The translations under genes and the position numbers were made by a program. The notes below the pieces were generated by a model. It worked only from the letters and a program-made list of their open reading frames with translations, did no database searches and was not told where the DNA came from. Of a stretch of 57,503 nucleotides of DNA, positions 45,657 through 53,936 are shown in pieces. Source of the DNA: a virus (lineage: Duplodnaviria > Caudoviricetes); IMG/VR virus record IMGVR_UViG_3300042445_000578, positions 1 to 57,503 of that record. One strand, written 5' to 3'. Position 1 is the stretch's first letter. Each line of letters starts with the position of its first letter.

Positions 45657-46486
45657 TATGCTGTTTCCTTTAGTTTTCTTTTAAGTGAATTAACTGTCTT
45701 CATTAGCTCTGCGTTACGGTGCTGAAACATATCTCGGCTTTCACGCAATGATTTGTTATCAATCTCCAAGAGTCTGACTTGCTCACGCAACTCCTTGATT
45801 GTGTCTTCCACATCAATCTTCTCAATTTCTGAAGCATCCCACGCACCAATGGATATTTTGTCTTTGAGAAGGGTGACTTCCTCGTCTAACTGGGTGATAA
45901 CCTCGGTTAGCTCTTTGATTTTGTCTTCTTTCTCGTCATAGGTGGTGACATCAGGCTTGGTGGTTGGCGTTTCACGCTTACCAATGTTGCCAGTCTTCAT
46001 CTCTTTTTCTACACCATCCTTGGTGACAAACTTCTTGGTCTTTGGTTCATCCTTGATTTCCATGGATGCCTTGACTCGGCTGACCATCATGGCTGTTACG
46101 CCAACATGGGCTGCGATGCGAGCCTGTGTCCATTCCTTGTATCTTGGTTCAAGCAACATCTTTCTAACGATTTCTTTGTTGTCTTCTGGTGACATGGATA
46201 AGCCACGATCCTTGTTAGCACCGTAGGAATACTCTTTAGCATCATCCAGTGAGCCTTGGTAGACTTCTGCATCAATAGAAGCAGTGGCATTAGCCTTGGT
46301 AGCATGGTAGCGGTGGAAGCCGTCTGCAAGCCAATACTCTGCACCATCAAAGAATACGGTGACTGGTGGGAATGATGTGCCTTCACGCATGGCTTCTGCG
46401 TAATCTTTAACTACATCGTAGTTAATTTCTTTTCGTGGCTGTGTGCCACCGTCTATACGGATATTAAGAATGTTGAGTGTTTTCAT
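45656..46486 (-). CDS. ParB/Srx-domain protein with HTH and coiled coil
   Basis: TQPR, FPPVTVF, LADGFHRY.A; WTQARIAAHVGVT..MVSRV HTH. Confidence 0.8.
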   Translation of the reverse strand: MKTLNILNIRIDGGTQPRKEINYDVVKDYAEAMREGTSFPPVTVFFDGAEYWLADGFHRYHATKANATASIDAEVYQGSLDDAKEYSYGANKDRGLSMSPEDNKEIVRKMLLEPRYKEWTQARIAAHVGVTAMMVSRVKASMEIKDEPKTKKFVTKDGVEKEMKTGNIGKRETPTTKPDVTTYDEKEDKIKELTEVITQLDEEVTLLKDKISIGAWDASEIEKIDVEDTIKELREQVRLLEIDNKSLRESRDMFQHRNAELMKTVNSLKRKLKETA

Positions 46487-46772
46487 TTGTAGCTCCCATG
46501 CGAACTATGTTGTAAAAGATATTGGATAGTTCTAAAAAAGATTGATTAACGATACGCTCCTTAGGTTTTACCTTTAGATCTTCCAGGCGGAAAGCCCAAG
46601 TTGCCCTTTTACCTACAATGCGACCCTGTGTTCTGAGATAGGTCAAACGACCAGCTGCGGTGGCTGGACTAACCTTCAGAAGGTCTGCAATTTGAGATGT
46701 GGTGACTGCGCCATTTTGAGCAATGGCGTCAAGAATTTTGTCAGTGAATTCCTTGTTTTGCTTACCTGACAT
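46464..46772 (-). CDS. Winged-HTH DNA-binding protein
   Basis: ILDAI..NG.VTTSQIADLLKVS..TA..RLT.L...G.I; GGAGG RBS. Confidence 0.7.
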   Translation of the reverse strand: MSGKQNKEFTDKILDAIAQNGAVTTSQIADLLKVSPATAAGRLTYLRTQGRIVGKRATWAFRLEDLKVKPKERIVNQSFLELSNIFYNIVRMGATNENTQHS

Positions 46773-46814
46773 GGATGCCTCCGTAAGCGGATAAAGTTGT
46801 TTCCATTTGATTTT

Positions 46815-46826
46815 TCCTAGCAGTTG
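46815..46826 (-). promoter_or_regulatory. CAACTGCTAGGA element (putative sRNA target)
   Basis: 12-nt exact copy, 8 nt before the ATG of a 14-aa ORF (46806-46762). Confidence 0.65.
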
Positions 46827-46836
46827 GATGTTCAGT

Positions 46837-47022
46837 TTAAAACGGTGCTTCTTCTACGTCAATGGTTGCTACTCTCTTTGGAATGTGTTCTATCCAATAA
46901 GCTGTATCGCCATTGATGAATTCTTCTGCTTCTGTTTTAGTCTCAAAGCCACGGATTGGACCACCCCAGTCATGCACCATGTAACGGATGGCTTGGTATT
47001 TAGGTATTTTTAGTTGAATCAT
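46837..47022 (-). CDS. Hypothetical protein
   Basis: 61 aa; FETKTEAEEF, C-terminal EEAPF. Confidence 0.55.
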   Translation of the reverse strand: MIQLKIPKYQAIRYMVHDWGGPIRGFETKTEAEEFINGDTAYWIEHIPKRVATIDVEEAPF

Positions 47023-47246
47023 TTCTTTTCTGCTTTGTAATAAGTTCTTTTTATGCTTACTTTGTATTTAAGACCTGTCTCTAAGTCCTCTATCTCATTT
47101 ATTCTAAATTTATCCCACTTGTCTGGCTCATCTTCTACTGTCCATGGCTCTGATTCAATGATGTAAACGGCATCATCAATATCGTCAGCTTCAAATTCAG
47201 CCACCCACGTAGCAACCATTGAGTATGTAGCTCTGTATTTTTTCAT
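47019..47246 (-). CDS. Small acidic protein, DpnD/PcfM-like motif family
   Basis: MKKYRA..EFEADDIDDA. Confidence 0.55.
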   Translation of the reverse strand: MKKYRATYSMVATWVAEFEADDIDDAVYIIESEPWTVEDEPDKWDKFRINEIEDLETGLKYKVSIKRTYYKAEKK

Positions 47247-47383
47247 TATTTTGATTCCCCCATTAGTTCAATCGCAGCCTGCCATGCTTCCCATGCTGAC
47301 TGGGTATGTGTGTTTGTGAACACGCCATCCTCACGGGTAAGCACATAGTTATGCTCCTTTGCCCACTGTCTAAACTCTTTCAT
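47246..47383 (-). CDS. Hypothetical protein
   Basis: AGGAG RBS; MKEFRQWA...AWEAWQAA (45 aa, not in ORF track). Confidence 0.5.
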   Translation of the reverse strand: MKEFRQWAKEHNYVLTREDGVFTNTHTQSAWEAWQAAIELMGESK

Positions 47384-47489
47384 TTCACTCTCCTGTTTGT
47401 GGACGCAATACGCCCAACGCCAACGCCATTTAGCGCTATATGTAACTCAACATACTTTAGTAACATTAACGCTATATTGATGATATGAA

Positions 47490-47811
47490 GTCAGATTCCT
47501 GGTGGTGAAGACACACCTAGCCTACCTAGATGTGCCTTCAACCGTTGATTCCTGTATGGAGCCTACAGCACCCGACAGTCTTTCGTAGAGTCGGCACTAT
47601 CTTCGCCACCGACATTTGCACTGTTACATCTACTTACCCCCAGTAGTGCTTGAGTAATGATCGCTGGTGTGGTTTTGCCCCGTCCAATCACTACTTCAAT
47701 TGTTAGACGTGATTGACAAAGTGGCAATAACGCATGCCAATAAATGGCACGGTAAGTATTCACATTGTCACTTGGGAATTGTTTCAGTCCCTAAGCACGT
47801 CTAGCAGTTGA
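47490..47811 (-). other. Structured non-coding region (long leader, ncRNA or origin)
   Basis: 15-bp hairpin 47506-47540, alternative GTCGG/CCGAC helices 47572-47613, 16-bp imperfect inverted repeat 47696-47711/47796-47811 with nested stems. Confidence 0.55.
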
Positions 47812-47846
47812 GTTCACAGATTAAATGAAATAAAAATAATTTGCAA
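47801..47846 (-). promoter_or_regulatory. Sigma70 promoter with TCAACTGCTAG at about +1
   Basis: TTGCAA (47846-47841)-N17-TAATCT (47823-47818)-N6-TCAACTGCTAG; same geometry as the promoter at 56109. Confidence 0.65.
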
Positions 47847-47857
47847 CAACTATTTGC

Positions 47858-47893
47858 AAAAAGAAAAAACCCCCAGGGATTAGCTGGGGGTTT
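47858..47893 (-). terminator. Rho-independent terminator
   Basis: AAACCCCCAG-ctaatcc-CTGGGGGTTT followed by TTTCTTTTT on the minus strand. Confidence 0.8.
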
Positions 47894-47984
47894 AGTGGTG
47901 AAGGGGTCACCATGGAGGTCTTGCATTGCACAAGGTCAACTGCTAGGATGCCTAGGCTTGTCGTGGACTTGGAGGTCGTTAGAC
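47860..47984 (-). ncRNA. Candidate trans-acting antisense small RNA (~125 nt)
   Basis: Own promoter and terminator, no ORF on this strand; contains TCCTAGCAGTTGAC (antisense to the repeated leader element), GACCTCCA x2 and hairpin GGTGA-CCCCT-TCACC. Confidence 0.65.
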
Positions 47985-47990
47985 ACACTA

Positions 47991-48020
47991 AATATAGCAG
48001 AAATTCTTAACACCTGTCAA
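47991..48020 (-). promoter_or_regulatory. Sigma70 promoter of the candidate sRNA
   Basis: TTGACA (48020-48015)-N18-TATATT (47996-47991) with extended -10 TG. Confidence 0.7.
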
Positions 48021-48045
48021 CCTATAGTGTTTGTCAAGTAAATAT

Positions 48046-48333
48046 TTACTTAATGCCGACTTTTTCATTATCAAACAGCCAGCCTACCGTCTTTCTATGG
48101 GCGTTTTCCCATAGTTCTTCCCTTTCAGCCTTTGATAAGTCTTTACCCTGATCGAGATCCATGTGGCATTTGTAGCAGAGCGCTGCGATTCTATAGTCAT
48201 GTGCCTTGATGCCACGGCCTTTGCCATCCCTAAGCTGGTTACTGTGCGCTGCAACAATCGTTCCATCTTGTCTCCCACAATGTTGGCATGGAGACTGCCG
48301 AACAATCTCCAATAGTTTCTTATTTCTATACAC
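48046..48333 (-). CDS. DUF1364/YbcO-like His-Cys nuclease
   Basis: PCQHCG, AAHSN, GKG.GIKAHD, LCYKCH; probable GTG start at 48333. Confidence 0.65.
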   Translation of the reverse strand: MYRNKKLLEIVRQSPCQHCGRQDGTIVAAHSNQLRDGKGRGIKAHDYRIAALCYKCHMDLDQGKDLSKAEREELWENAHRKTVGWLFDNEKVGIK

Positions 48334-49096
48334 GCTGTAAAGCCCCACTGAAGATGTATGTGCCAGTATGGGATAACTGAACCCAAGGCGCGGCATGAAC
48401 CTTGAAGCCATGAGTTCTAGCTAACTTACAAAAGTGATAGTCCTCAGATAACAGACGGTTATTGGATTCAGGGTCAATACTTGTGGCAAAGTATTCTTTG
48501 ATAATCTTTGGCTTACGCTCAGTGTCTACAGCCAGATACATATCACTGTTGTATTCAGGCACTTTATCAGCCAGAGCCTCAAACACTTCACGTTTAATCA
48601 ACATAAAGCCTGTGCCACCGTTTTGAATCTCTAATAGCTCACTCATCTTTACTTCTTGGCGTTCTTCTTTGACCAAGTTCACCACGAATGTGCCTGTATG
48701 GTCTTTTAACTGGTCAGCAGGTACACCTCTGTTTACCGCATCAGCTACACGTTGCCAATGGATTTCCTTTTTGGGGTACAAGCCACAACAAATATCTACA
48801 TCACGTCTAACCATCTCGATGATGTCGTTTGGATTGAAACCAATGTCTGCGTCAATAAACATTAAATGGGTAGCGTCTGAGGCTAAGAAATCATATGCCA
48901 AACTGTTTCTAGCACGGGTAATCAATGACTCATTCATCATGTAGGTGTAATACATGCGAACCCCAGCCTTGCTACAGATCATTGGTAGCTGCATAAGCGC
49001 AGCCGTATAGTTACCAATGCACATACCGCCATACATGGGGGTAGCTACAAATAGTGCTGGTGATTTAATCGTTGGTTTCTCGTTGTTTTCGCTCAT
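48326..49096 (-). CDS. GT-A fold glycosyltransferase-like protein
   Basis: VATPMYGG, ESLITRARN, LMFIDAD, GTGFMLIKR.VF, LSEDY.FC, H.G. Confidence 0.75.
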   Translation of the reverse strand: MSENNEKPTIKSPALFVATPMYGGMCIGNYTAALMQLPMICSKAGVRMYYTYMMNESLITRARNSLAYDFLASDATHLMFIDADIGFNPNDIIEMVRRDVDICCGLYPKKEIHWQRVADAVNRGVPADQLKDHTGTFVVNLVKEERQEVKMSELLEIQNGGTGFMLIKREVFEALADKVPEYNSDMYLAVDTERKPKIIKEYFATSIDPESNNRLLSEDYHFCKLARTHGFKVHAAPWVQLSHTGTYIFSGALQRV

Positions 49097-49110
49097 TTTG
49101 CTCTCTTTCT

Positions 49111-49770
49111 TCACGTTGTTGATCTTGCGGTGTCATTTCTAAATCTTTCATCCATATTGTCGTAACCTGTTCCAGACCCCCACAGATGACGAGAAAAGTG
49201 ATGACCTGTAACTTTAGTTTCGTAACCAGAGTGATGCTCTGGCATAAAGAAGTGAGAAGGATACACTGTCAGATTGGCTTGCTTCTTAAAAAATACTTCT
49301 GTTACTAGCATTGGGCCAGTAATCATCCATGCCAACTTCTTCTCATTGCAGTCTTTGGTAGCTACCTCTTCCATACATAACTTCAAGGCTTCAGCACCAG
49401 GAACTGATCCCATCACCGTATTGGCGATTAAGTTATTGCGAACAATCTCTTGCTCCCAACAGGCAAAAGCCTCACAGTTAAGTAGCCAGTCTTCCAATGG
49501 CTTAACGCAGTAAGTATCCGCATCAATATAGATGCCACCATGCTCGTAGAGGATTTCATAACGCATCACGTCACTAGCGCCAGCAAAGTCTTTCTTAATA
49601 AGCATGTCATGGAGTTGGCGGTAGTTCTTCCAGTTTGTACCTTGGACTTGGTTATTGCCCCAGACTCTTACCTCGTAGTCTGGGTTCTTCTTAATCCATG
49701 TATCAATACAAGCCACTGGCTTCTTAGACTGATCGCCTATCCAGATAATGTGAATGAGTTTAGGTATCAC
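49111..49770 (-). CDS. Glycosyltransferase, GT32/OCH1-like (DXD)
   Basis: IPKLIH.IW.G, SDV.RYEILYEHGGIYIDAD. Confidence 0.85.
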   Translation of the reverse strand: MIPKLIHIIWIGDQSKKPVACIDTWIKKNPDYEVRVWGNNQVQGTNWKNYRQLHDMLIKKDFAGASDVMRYEILYEHGGIYIDADTYCVKPLEDWLLNCEAFACWEQEIVRNNLIANTVMGSVPGAEALKLCMEEVATKDCNEKKLAWMITGPMLVTEVFFKKQANLTVYPSHFFMPEHHSGYETKVTGHHFSRHLWGSGTGYDNMDERFRNDTARSTT

Positions 49771-50042
49771 TTCTTCCTCCTTGCTTCTTTAATTTCTTCA
49801 AGCATCTTTGCCATCAGGTCTGCGCAGTAACCCAAGAAAGGCCACTTGGTTGTGCCATTAGCCATACTACGTGCCATCCCAATAGCAATTTCAACGGTGC
49901 GTATGCTTACTTTTCTCATTTTTCTCTCTTATCTTCGCTTCTATTTTGTCAAACAGCTCACGAGTGTAGCCACCGATGCCGTCACCATTACTGCCAACGA
50001 TTTCTTTAATCTCATCGTCTGTTAGGTATTGCCATTCTTGGT

Positions 50043-50342
50043 TCATTTAATCCCATGCCTTTTTTCTATTGCTCTAGCAAATTCAACAAATCCAATAGTT
50101 TTCATGCTATGTCCGCAAGGAATTTCATCTATATGTTCTTGATGTAGTTCCCATATTTCCTCATCACTTAATGGCTTTGTTTGTGGTGTATAAATGTGTA
50201 GGCTTTTTCCATCATAAACACCGACTGGCTTACTCTGCTTATCCAATTCTTCTACAAGTCTGCGAATCATGTCTGAATATTCGTTGTAGCAATTAAAATG
50301 TTTCTGTAGCTCATCCGCTAGTTTCAATGCTTCTTCTTTCAT
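50043..50342 (-). CDS. Hypothetical protein
   Basis: KPLSDEEI...FARAIE..HGI phage motif. Confidence 0.55.
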   Translation of the reverse strand: MKEEALKLADELQKHFNCYNEYSDMIRRLVEELDKQSKPVGVYDGKSLHIYTPQTKPLSDEEIWELHQEHIDEIPCGHSMKTIGFVEFARAIEKRHGIK

Positions 50343-50412
50343 TTCTTTAACTCCTTTAAGATGCACTCAAGGCGATACACAATCACGATGAGGCAGATTA
50401 AGATAGCCCAGC

Positions 50413-50706
50413 TCATTTCAATACCTCTGCGGACTTAACCTGACGTGTTTCACCATCAAATATGTATTTAATGTTTGGCTTCTCATCGGGGTGAGCCAGT
50501 ATGTTACCTCTTGGCGATAATCGGATATGCTGAAACATCACAACATCTATCTTTATGGGTGTTGGCTTGATGCGGTAGTTTTGTTCTTCGCCCCAGCTAG
50601 GTGAATCTGGAACTTGCCAATCAACCCAATCACCATAAAAATCATGCTGGATTACTTTACCATCTGCCCATGCTTTTATTACTTCTGCGTGTTTATGTGG
50701 TTTCAT
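50413..50706 (-). CDS. Hypothetical protein
   Basis: MKPHKHAEVIKAWADG...YRIKP phage motif. Confidence 0.6.
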   Translation of the reverse strand: MKPHKHAEVIKAWADGKVIQHDFYGDWVDWQVPDSPSWGEEQNYRIKPTPIKIDVVMFQHIRLSPRGNILAHPDEKPNIKYIFDGETRQVKSAEVLK

Positions 50707-50863
50707 CCCTCACTCCAATCACTGTAGTAATACTCATAAACAGGCAACAATCCAAATAACCATGTACCAATCTTTCGCTTTTCAAGAGTCCTAGTGCGTA
50801 TGACTGGGTTAAATTTGTCGGGTGTATACCTAACTTGCATGTACTCGGTGTCGTCAACCTGCA

Positions 50864-51055
50864 TCACTTCACCATGCACGTGTAAGCCAATTTACCAATA
50901 CGGAACTGCTTCAAGGTATCGCAGTCCTGTTGTAACTGATAAGTAAAGGTGGCGTTGGAAACCATACTGCCTACAGCAAAGCCAACAAGCAGAACAATCA
51001 AGAAGTTGCGTAACTTGGCAATCCAAGCCTTGTCTTCTTTAATATCTGTATCCAT
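50864..51055 (-). CDS. Small membrane protein
   Basis: One TM segment, two C-terminal Cys. Confidence 0.5.
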   Translation of the reverse strand: MDTDIKEDKAWIAKLRNFLIVLLVGFAVGSMVSNATFTYQLQQDCDTLKQFRIGKLAYTCMVK

Positions 51056-51386
51056 TGCTGCTTCCTTTCTTTTTACTGTAGTTAGCGTTCATAGTAAAAG
51101 CTGTGACTGGATAACGCATCTTTTGGTTAGTATCAATCCAATACACAATCACAGTCTCATCTTCAACACCCCAACAACCTTCGCTTGTGTATCCTGCTGA
51201 ACCATAGTTGTAAGCACGGTTTAACTTATCAAACACTTGACCATCGTATTTACACTGTTGATCAGTTAATACAATCTTTCCACCAGCCTGGTTAGGTTGG
51301 GTTGCGACTGTCTCAGCCTTAACTGAAAACGTATAAGCAGCCATCCATGCAACAAGCACACCTCCAATTACATACCTAGTTTTCAT
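51039..51386 (-). CDS. Exported protein
   Basis: Signal-like N-terminus; NQAGGKIVLT..C...GCW. Confidence 0.55.
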   Translation of the reverse strand: MKTRYVIGGVLVAWMAAYTFSVKAETVATQPNQAGGKIVLTDQQCKYDGQVFDKLNRAYNYGSAGYTSEGCWGVEDETVIVYWIDTNQKMRYPVTAFTMNANYSKKKGSSNGYRY

Positions 51387-51688
51387 TGTTTTCCCTTTCG
51401 TTCCTTGGCGTTTTGCAAGCATTTTGCACAGCACCAACGTTTAACAAGCCCCTTGTTTGATACGATCCACTCACCACCGATAGGGGTTTTCATCAGACGG
51501 CAGGATGTACACCACTTATTCTGATCATTCACCCTTTTTAACTCTCCGCTTGATAGCTGGTAACCCAGCAGACTCTTCTTTCTTTCTTGCTTCTAGCATC
51601 TCGTCTGCAAATCTGTAGCACTCTTCTGCGCTTGCTCCAGTCATTGCTCTAAACATGGCAAAGCAATCTCTCAAGTCATCTTCGTTCA

Positions 51689-51910
51689 TCAATGCACCTC
51701 TCTCATCATGCGTTTAATCCTACGCTGGGCATTGTTGTAAGACTTACGGAAAGCATAGACAGCCTTCTCTTCTTCCATGCCAGCTTCTACTGCAATCGTG
51801 GCAAGCACCATGCTCACAGCTGAAAGAATGACTACCGTATCAGTGCCACCCTTCTCAGACAAAAGCCTTAGGATGGATATTGCAACTTCTCTTGACGGAT
51901 CTTCACTCAT
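51689..51910 (-). CDS. Hypothetical protein
   Basis: 73 aa ORF in operon. Confidence 0.5.
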   Translation of the reverse strand: MSEDPSREVAISILRLLSEKGGTDTVVILSAVSMVLATIAVEAGMEEEKAVYAFRKSYNNAQRRIKRMMREVH

Positions 51911-52185
51911 TTCATCTCCAGTTCTTTGATTTGGTCAGCGATGTGAGTACCCAAAGTCCGCTTATGGATAACAATCATCTTGGCTTCAGGGGAGCAGCCG
52001 ACTACCTTGGCAGCATCCATCAAACCCTTGTTGTAGCCACTCTTAAATTGATCGTTACCATCTAACATGGTGACAATCGCATTGCGGATTAGCTCTGAGG
52101 CCTTACGTTCTTTAGCCAGCTTTCTCAGCTTCTTGACGTGTTCTTCAGGCAAGTAAACTGAGTACGGGACTAGTTTCTTTTCCAT
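51907..52185 (-). CDS. Ribbon-helix-helix-like DNA-binding protein
   Basis: YSVYLPEE..KKLRKLA.....SELIRNAI. Confidence 0.6.
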   Translation of the reverse strand: MEKKLVPYSVYLPEEHVKKLRKLAKERKASELIRNAIVTMLDGNDQFKSGYNKGLMDAAKVVGCSPEAKMIVIHKRTLGTHIADQIKELEMK

Positions 52186-52589
52186 GCGTTAAATTCCTCT
52201 ACTAGTTTTTTCATAAGTTTCTGGGCGTTTGCATCAGTTTTAAGCTCGGAACGGGACTGGATACCTAAGTAATTACGCATCCACTCAGTTGCTTCCTTCT
52301 CGTTCTCTTCAAATATCTGGGTATCTTCATACAAATACTTCCAAAATTGGGTGTCTTTGCAGAACATCCCAGCGATCCGAATCATCTTGTCACCTTCAAA
52401 CTCGGCTGGTCGGTTCATAGGTTGCTCATTGGCATCAATCCTGACCATGGCAACGCCATACCGCGCCCCAACATAATCCCTGAGAAGCTCCTCTGGAATA
52501 TCGTCTGGGTGGATGGAAAGCGTCAGCACATAGCCAGTCTTATCTTGCTTGATGGCTACCTTGACACCCTCAAACTGTAGCGGTTTCAC
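52170..52589 (-). CDS. Conserved phage protein
   Basis: QFEG.K....QDK.G..L.L.IHPDD.P, LGI.SRSEL. Confidence 0.55.
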   Translation of the reverse strand: MKPLQFEGVKVAIKQDKTGYVLTLSIHPDDIPEELLRDYVGARYGVAMVRIDANEQPMNRPAEFEGDKMIRIAGMFCKDTQFWKYLYEDTQIFEENEKEATEWMRNYLGIQSRSELKTDANAQKLMKKLVEEFNAWKRN

Positions 52590-52818
52590 GAACTTTACCT
52601 TCTAGATACTTGATGATCGTGCGTTGCTCTGACACCGTAGCTTCTAGCAAGTCACAATCCACATAGGATTTAGCTAGTGCGTTCTGTAGTTTTTGGCATA
52701 GATCTTGAAAGTCAACCTTGGCTTGTTCTTGATCCCACTTTTCTAGCTGTTTCTCTAGTGATACAGCTGGGTTAGTCTTGCGTGGTTGTTTATCTTTAGC
52801 ACCTTTAGTTCTTGGCAT
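52570..52818 (-). CDS. Hypothetical protein
   Basis: MPRTKGAKDK; AAGGAG RBS. Confidence 0.5.
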   Translation of the reverse strand: MPRTKGAKDKQPRKTNPAVSLEKQLEKWDQEQAKVDFQDLCQKLQNALAKSYVDCDLLEATVSEQRTIIKYLEGKVRETATV

Positions 52819-52828
52819 ATTGTTCTCC

Positions 52829-53083
52829 TTAGTATGGTAAGTCACTGTCTTTTTTAACCCATGGCTCTGAAGCCGCTAGGGATAAATACTCTTTGCCTGA
52901 TTTGGCAGTCTTTGACCATGCAGATATGGCAATCTTTACAAGAGGACCATCTGCCTTGTTCATCTGTTCAATGATGAATGTCTTGTCTAGGTGGACATCA
53001 CCACGCCAGTCAGGATGATTCTCCATCTGCTTCTGTTCATTAACAAACATTGCACCGCTATTTGGTTTTTGCTCGAAAGCCAT
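52829..53083 (-). CDS. Putative ssDNA-binding (DUF736-like) protein
   Basis: NSG.MF.N, HPDW.G, ISAW.K...SG..YLSL, C-terminal DLPY. Confidence 0.55.
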   Translation of the reverse strand: MAFEQKPNSGAMFVNEQKQMENHPDWRGDVHLDKTFIIEQMNKADGPLVKIAISAWSKTAKSGKEYLSLAASEPWVKKDSDLPY

Positions 53084-53085
53084 AA

Positions 53086-53826
53086 TTACTCCTTAGTTAG
53101 TTGTGTACGTGCTGCTGTGAATAACGCCATTAAATCTTTAAAGAAAACGGCATCGGTTGCTTTTACTATGTCAAACAGGGTCTTGTTCTTCTTAAAAATG
53201 TGCATAACGTCTTCTTCGCTTGCAGCAGTCATTAATAGAACCTTGCAGGCATCCTTGATGTTTGCTAACCATGCAGGGATATCTAAATCTGAATCAGGCT
53301 TGGCAGGTGCTACGATCTGAAACTCTCCTGCTTGACCAGTGATTGGTCTGATTGGTTTTAAGTTTGCATCAACAGGCTCACCGTTAACAGTTTTAATTAC
53401 TGGCTTAGGTGCAACTGGTTTTGCCGTAAATTTCGGAGTCTCATCAGGATTTGCTGTTTCATCCAAAATATCATTCTCAACAATCTCAAAAGCATTAGTC
53501 CATAGATAACGGCGTAGGTAAGTCTGCACAGCGCCTAAGTTCTGAACTTCATGACTACCTTTTAATGAAGCTGTTGACATAGGGGAAGTGAATGTAACAA
53601 AGTCACCATCACCACCTTCTGTGTCATAGATAGTCAAATAAGCCATCTCTTGGTTAAACGACACCACACCGCACAAGCCTAACTTTTGGCAGATGTTTTG
53701 AATAGCTGGCAAGAAGTCAGCCAATACAAAATATTCATATCCAGCAAACTTATTCTTACCTGACTTGGTTAGCTTGGTGTTCTGCAACATCAACCGTGCA
53801 TCTTGTAACTTTTTATATACGCTCAT
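53086..53826 (-). CDS. ERF-family single-strand annealing protein
   Basis: KSGKNKFAGY.Y..L.D, QNLGAV.TYLRRY. Confidence 0.85.
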   Translation of the reverse strand: MSVYKKLQDARLMLQNTKLTKSGKNKFAGYEYFVLADFLPAIQNICQKLGLCGVVSFNQEMAYLTIYDTEGGDGDFVTFTSPMSTASLKGSHEVQNLGAVQTYLRRYLWTNAFEIVENDILDETANPDETPKFTAKPVAPKPVIKTVNGEPVDANLKPIRPITGQAGEFQIVAPAKPDSDLDIPAWLANIKDACKVLLMTAASEEDVMHIFKKNKTLFDIVKATDAVFFKDLMALFTAARTQLTKE

Positions 53827-53936
53827 TCTGTATCCTTATTTTTAGCAAATTCGTAGTCAGAACGGTACTCCGTTGGGGATGTCCATCCAAACTTACGCCA
53901 TGTTCTTTGGGCGTCTGTATCTTTCATAAAACCTCC

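Noticed and set aside
47563-47763. 66-aa minus-strand ORF, and the plus-strand ORF 47841-48041
   Set aside because: Weak starts, no RBS, atypical composition; they overlap structured RNA, a terminator and promoters
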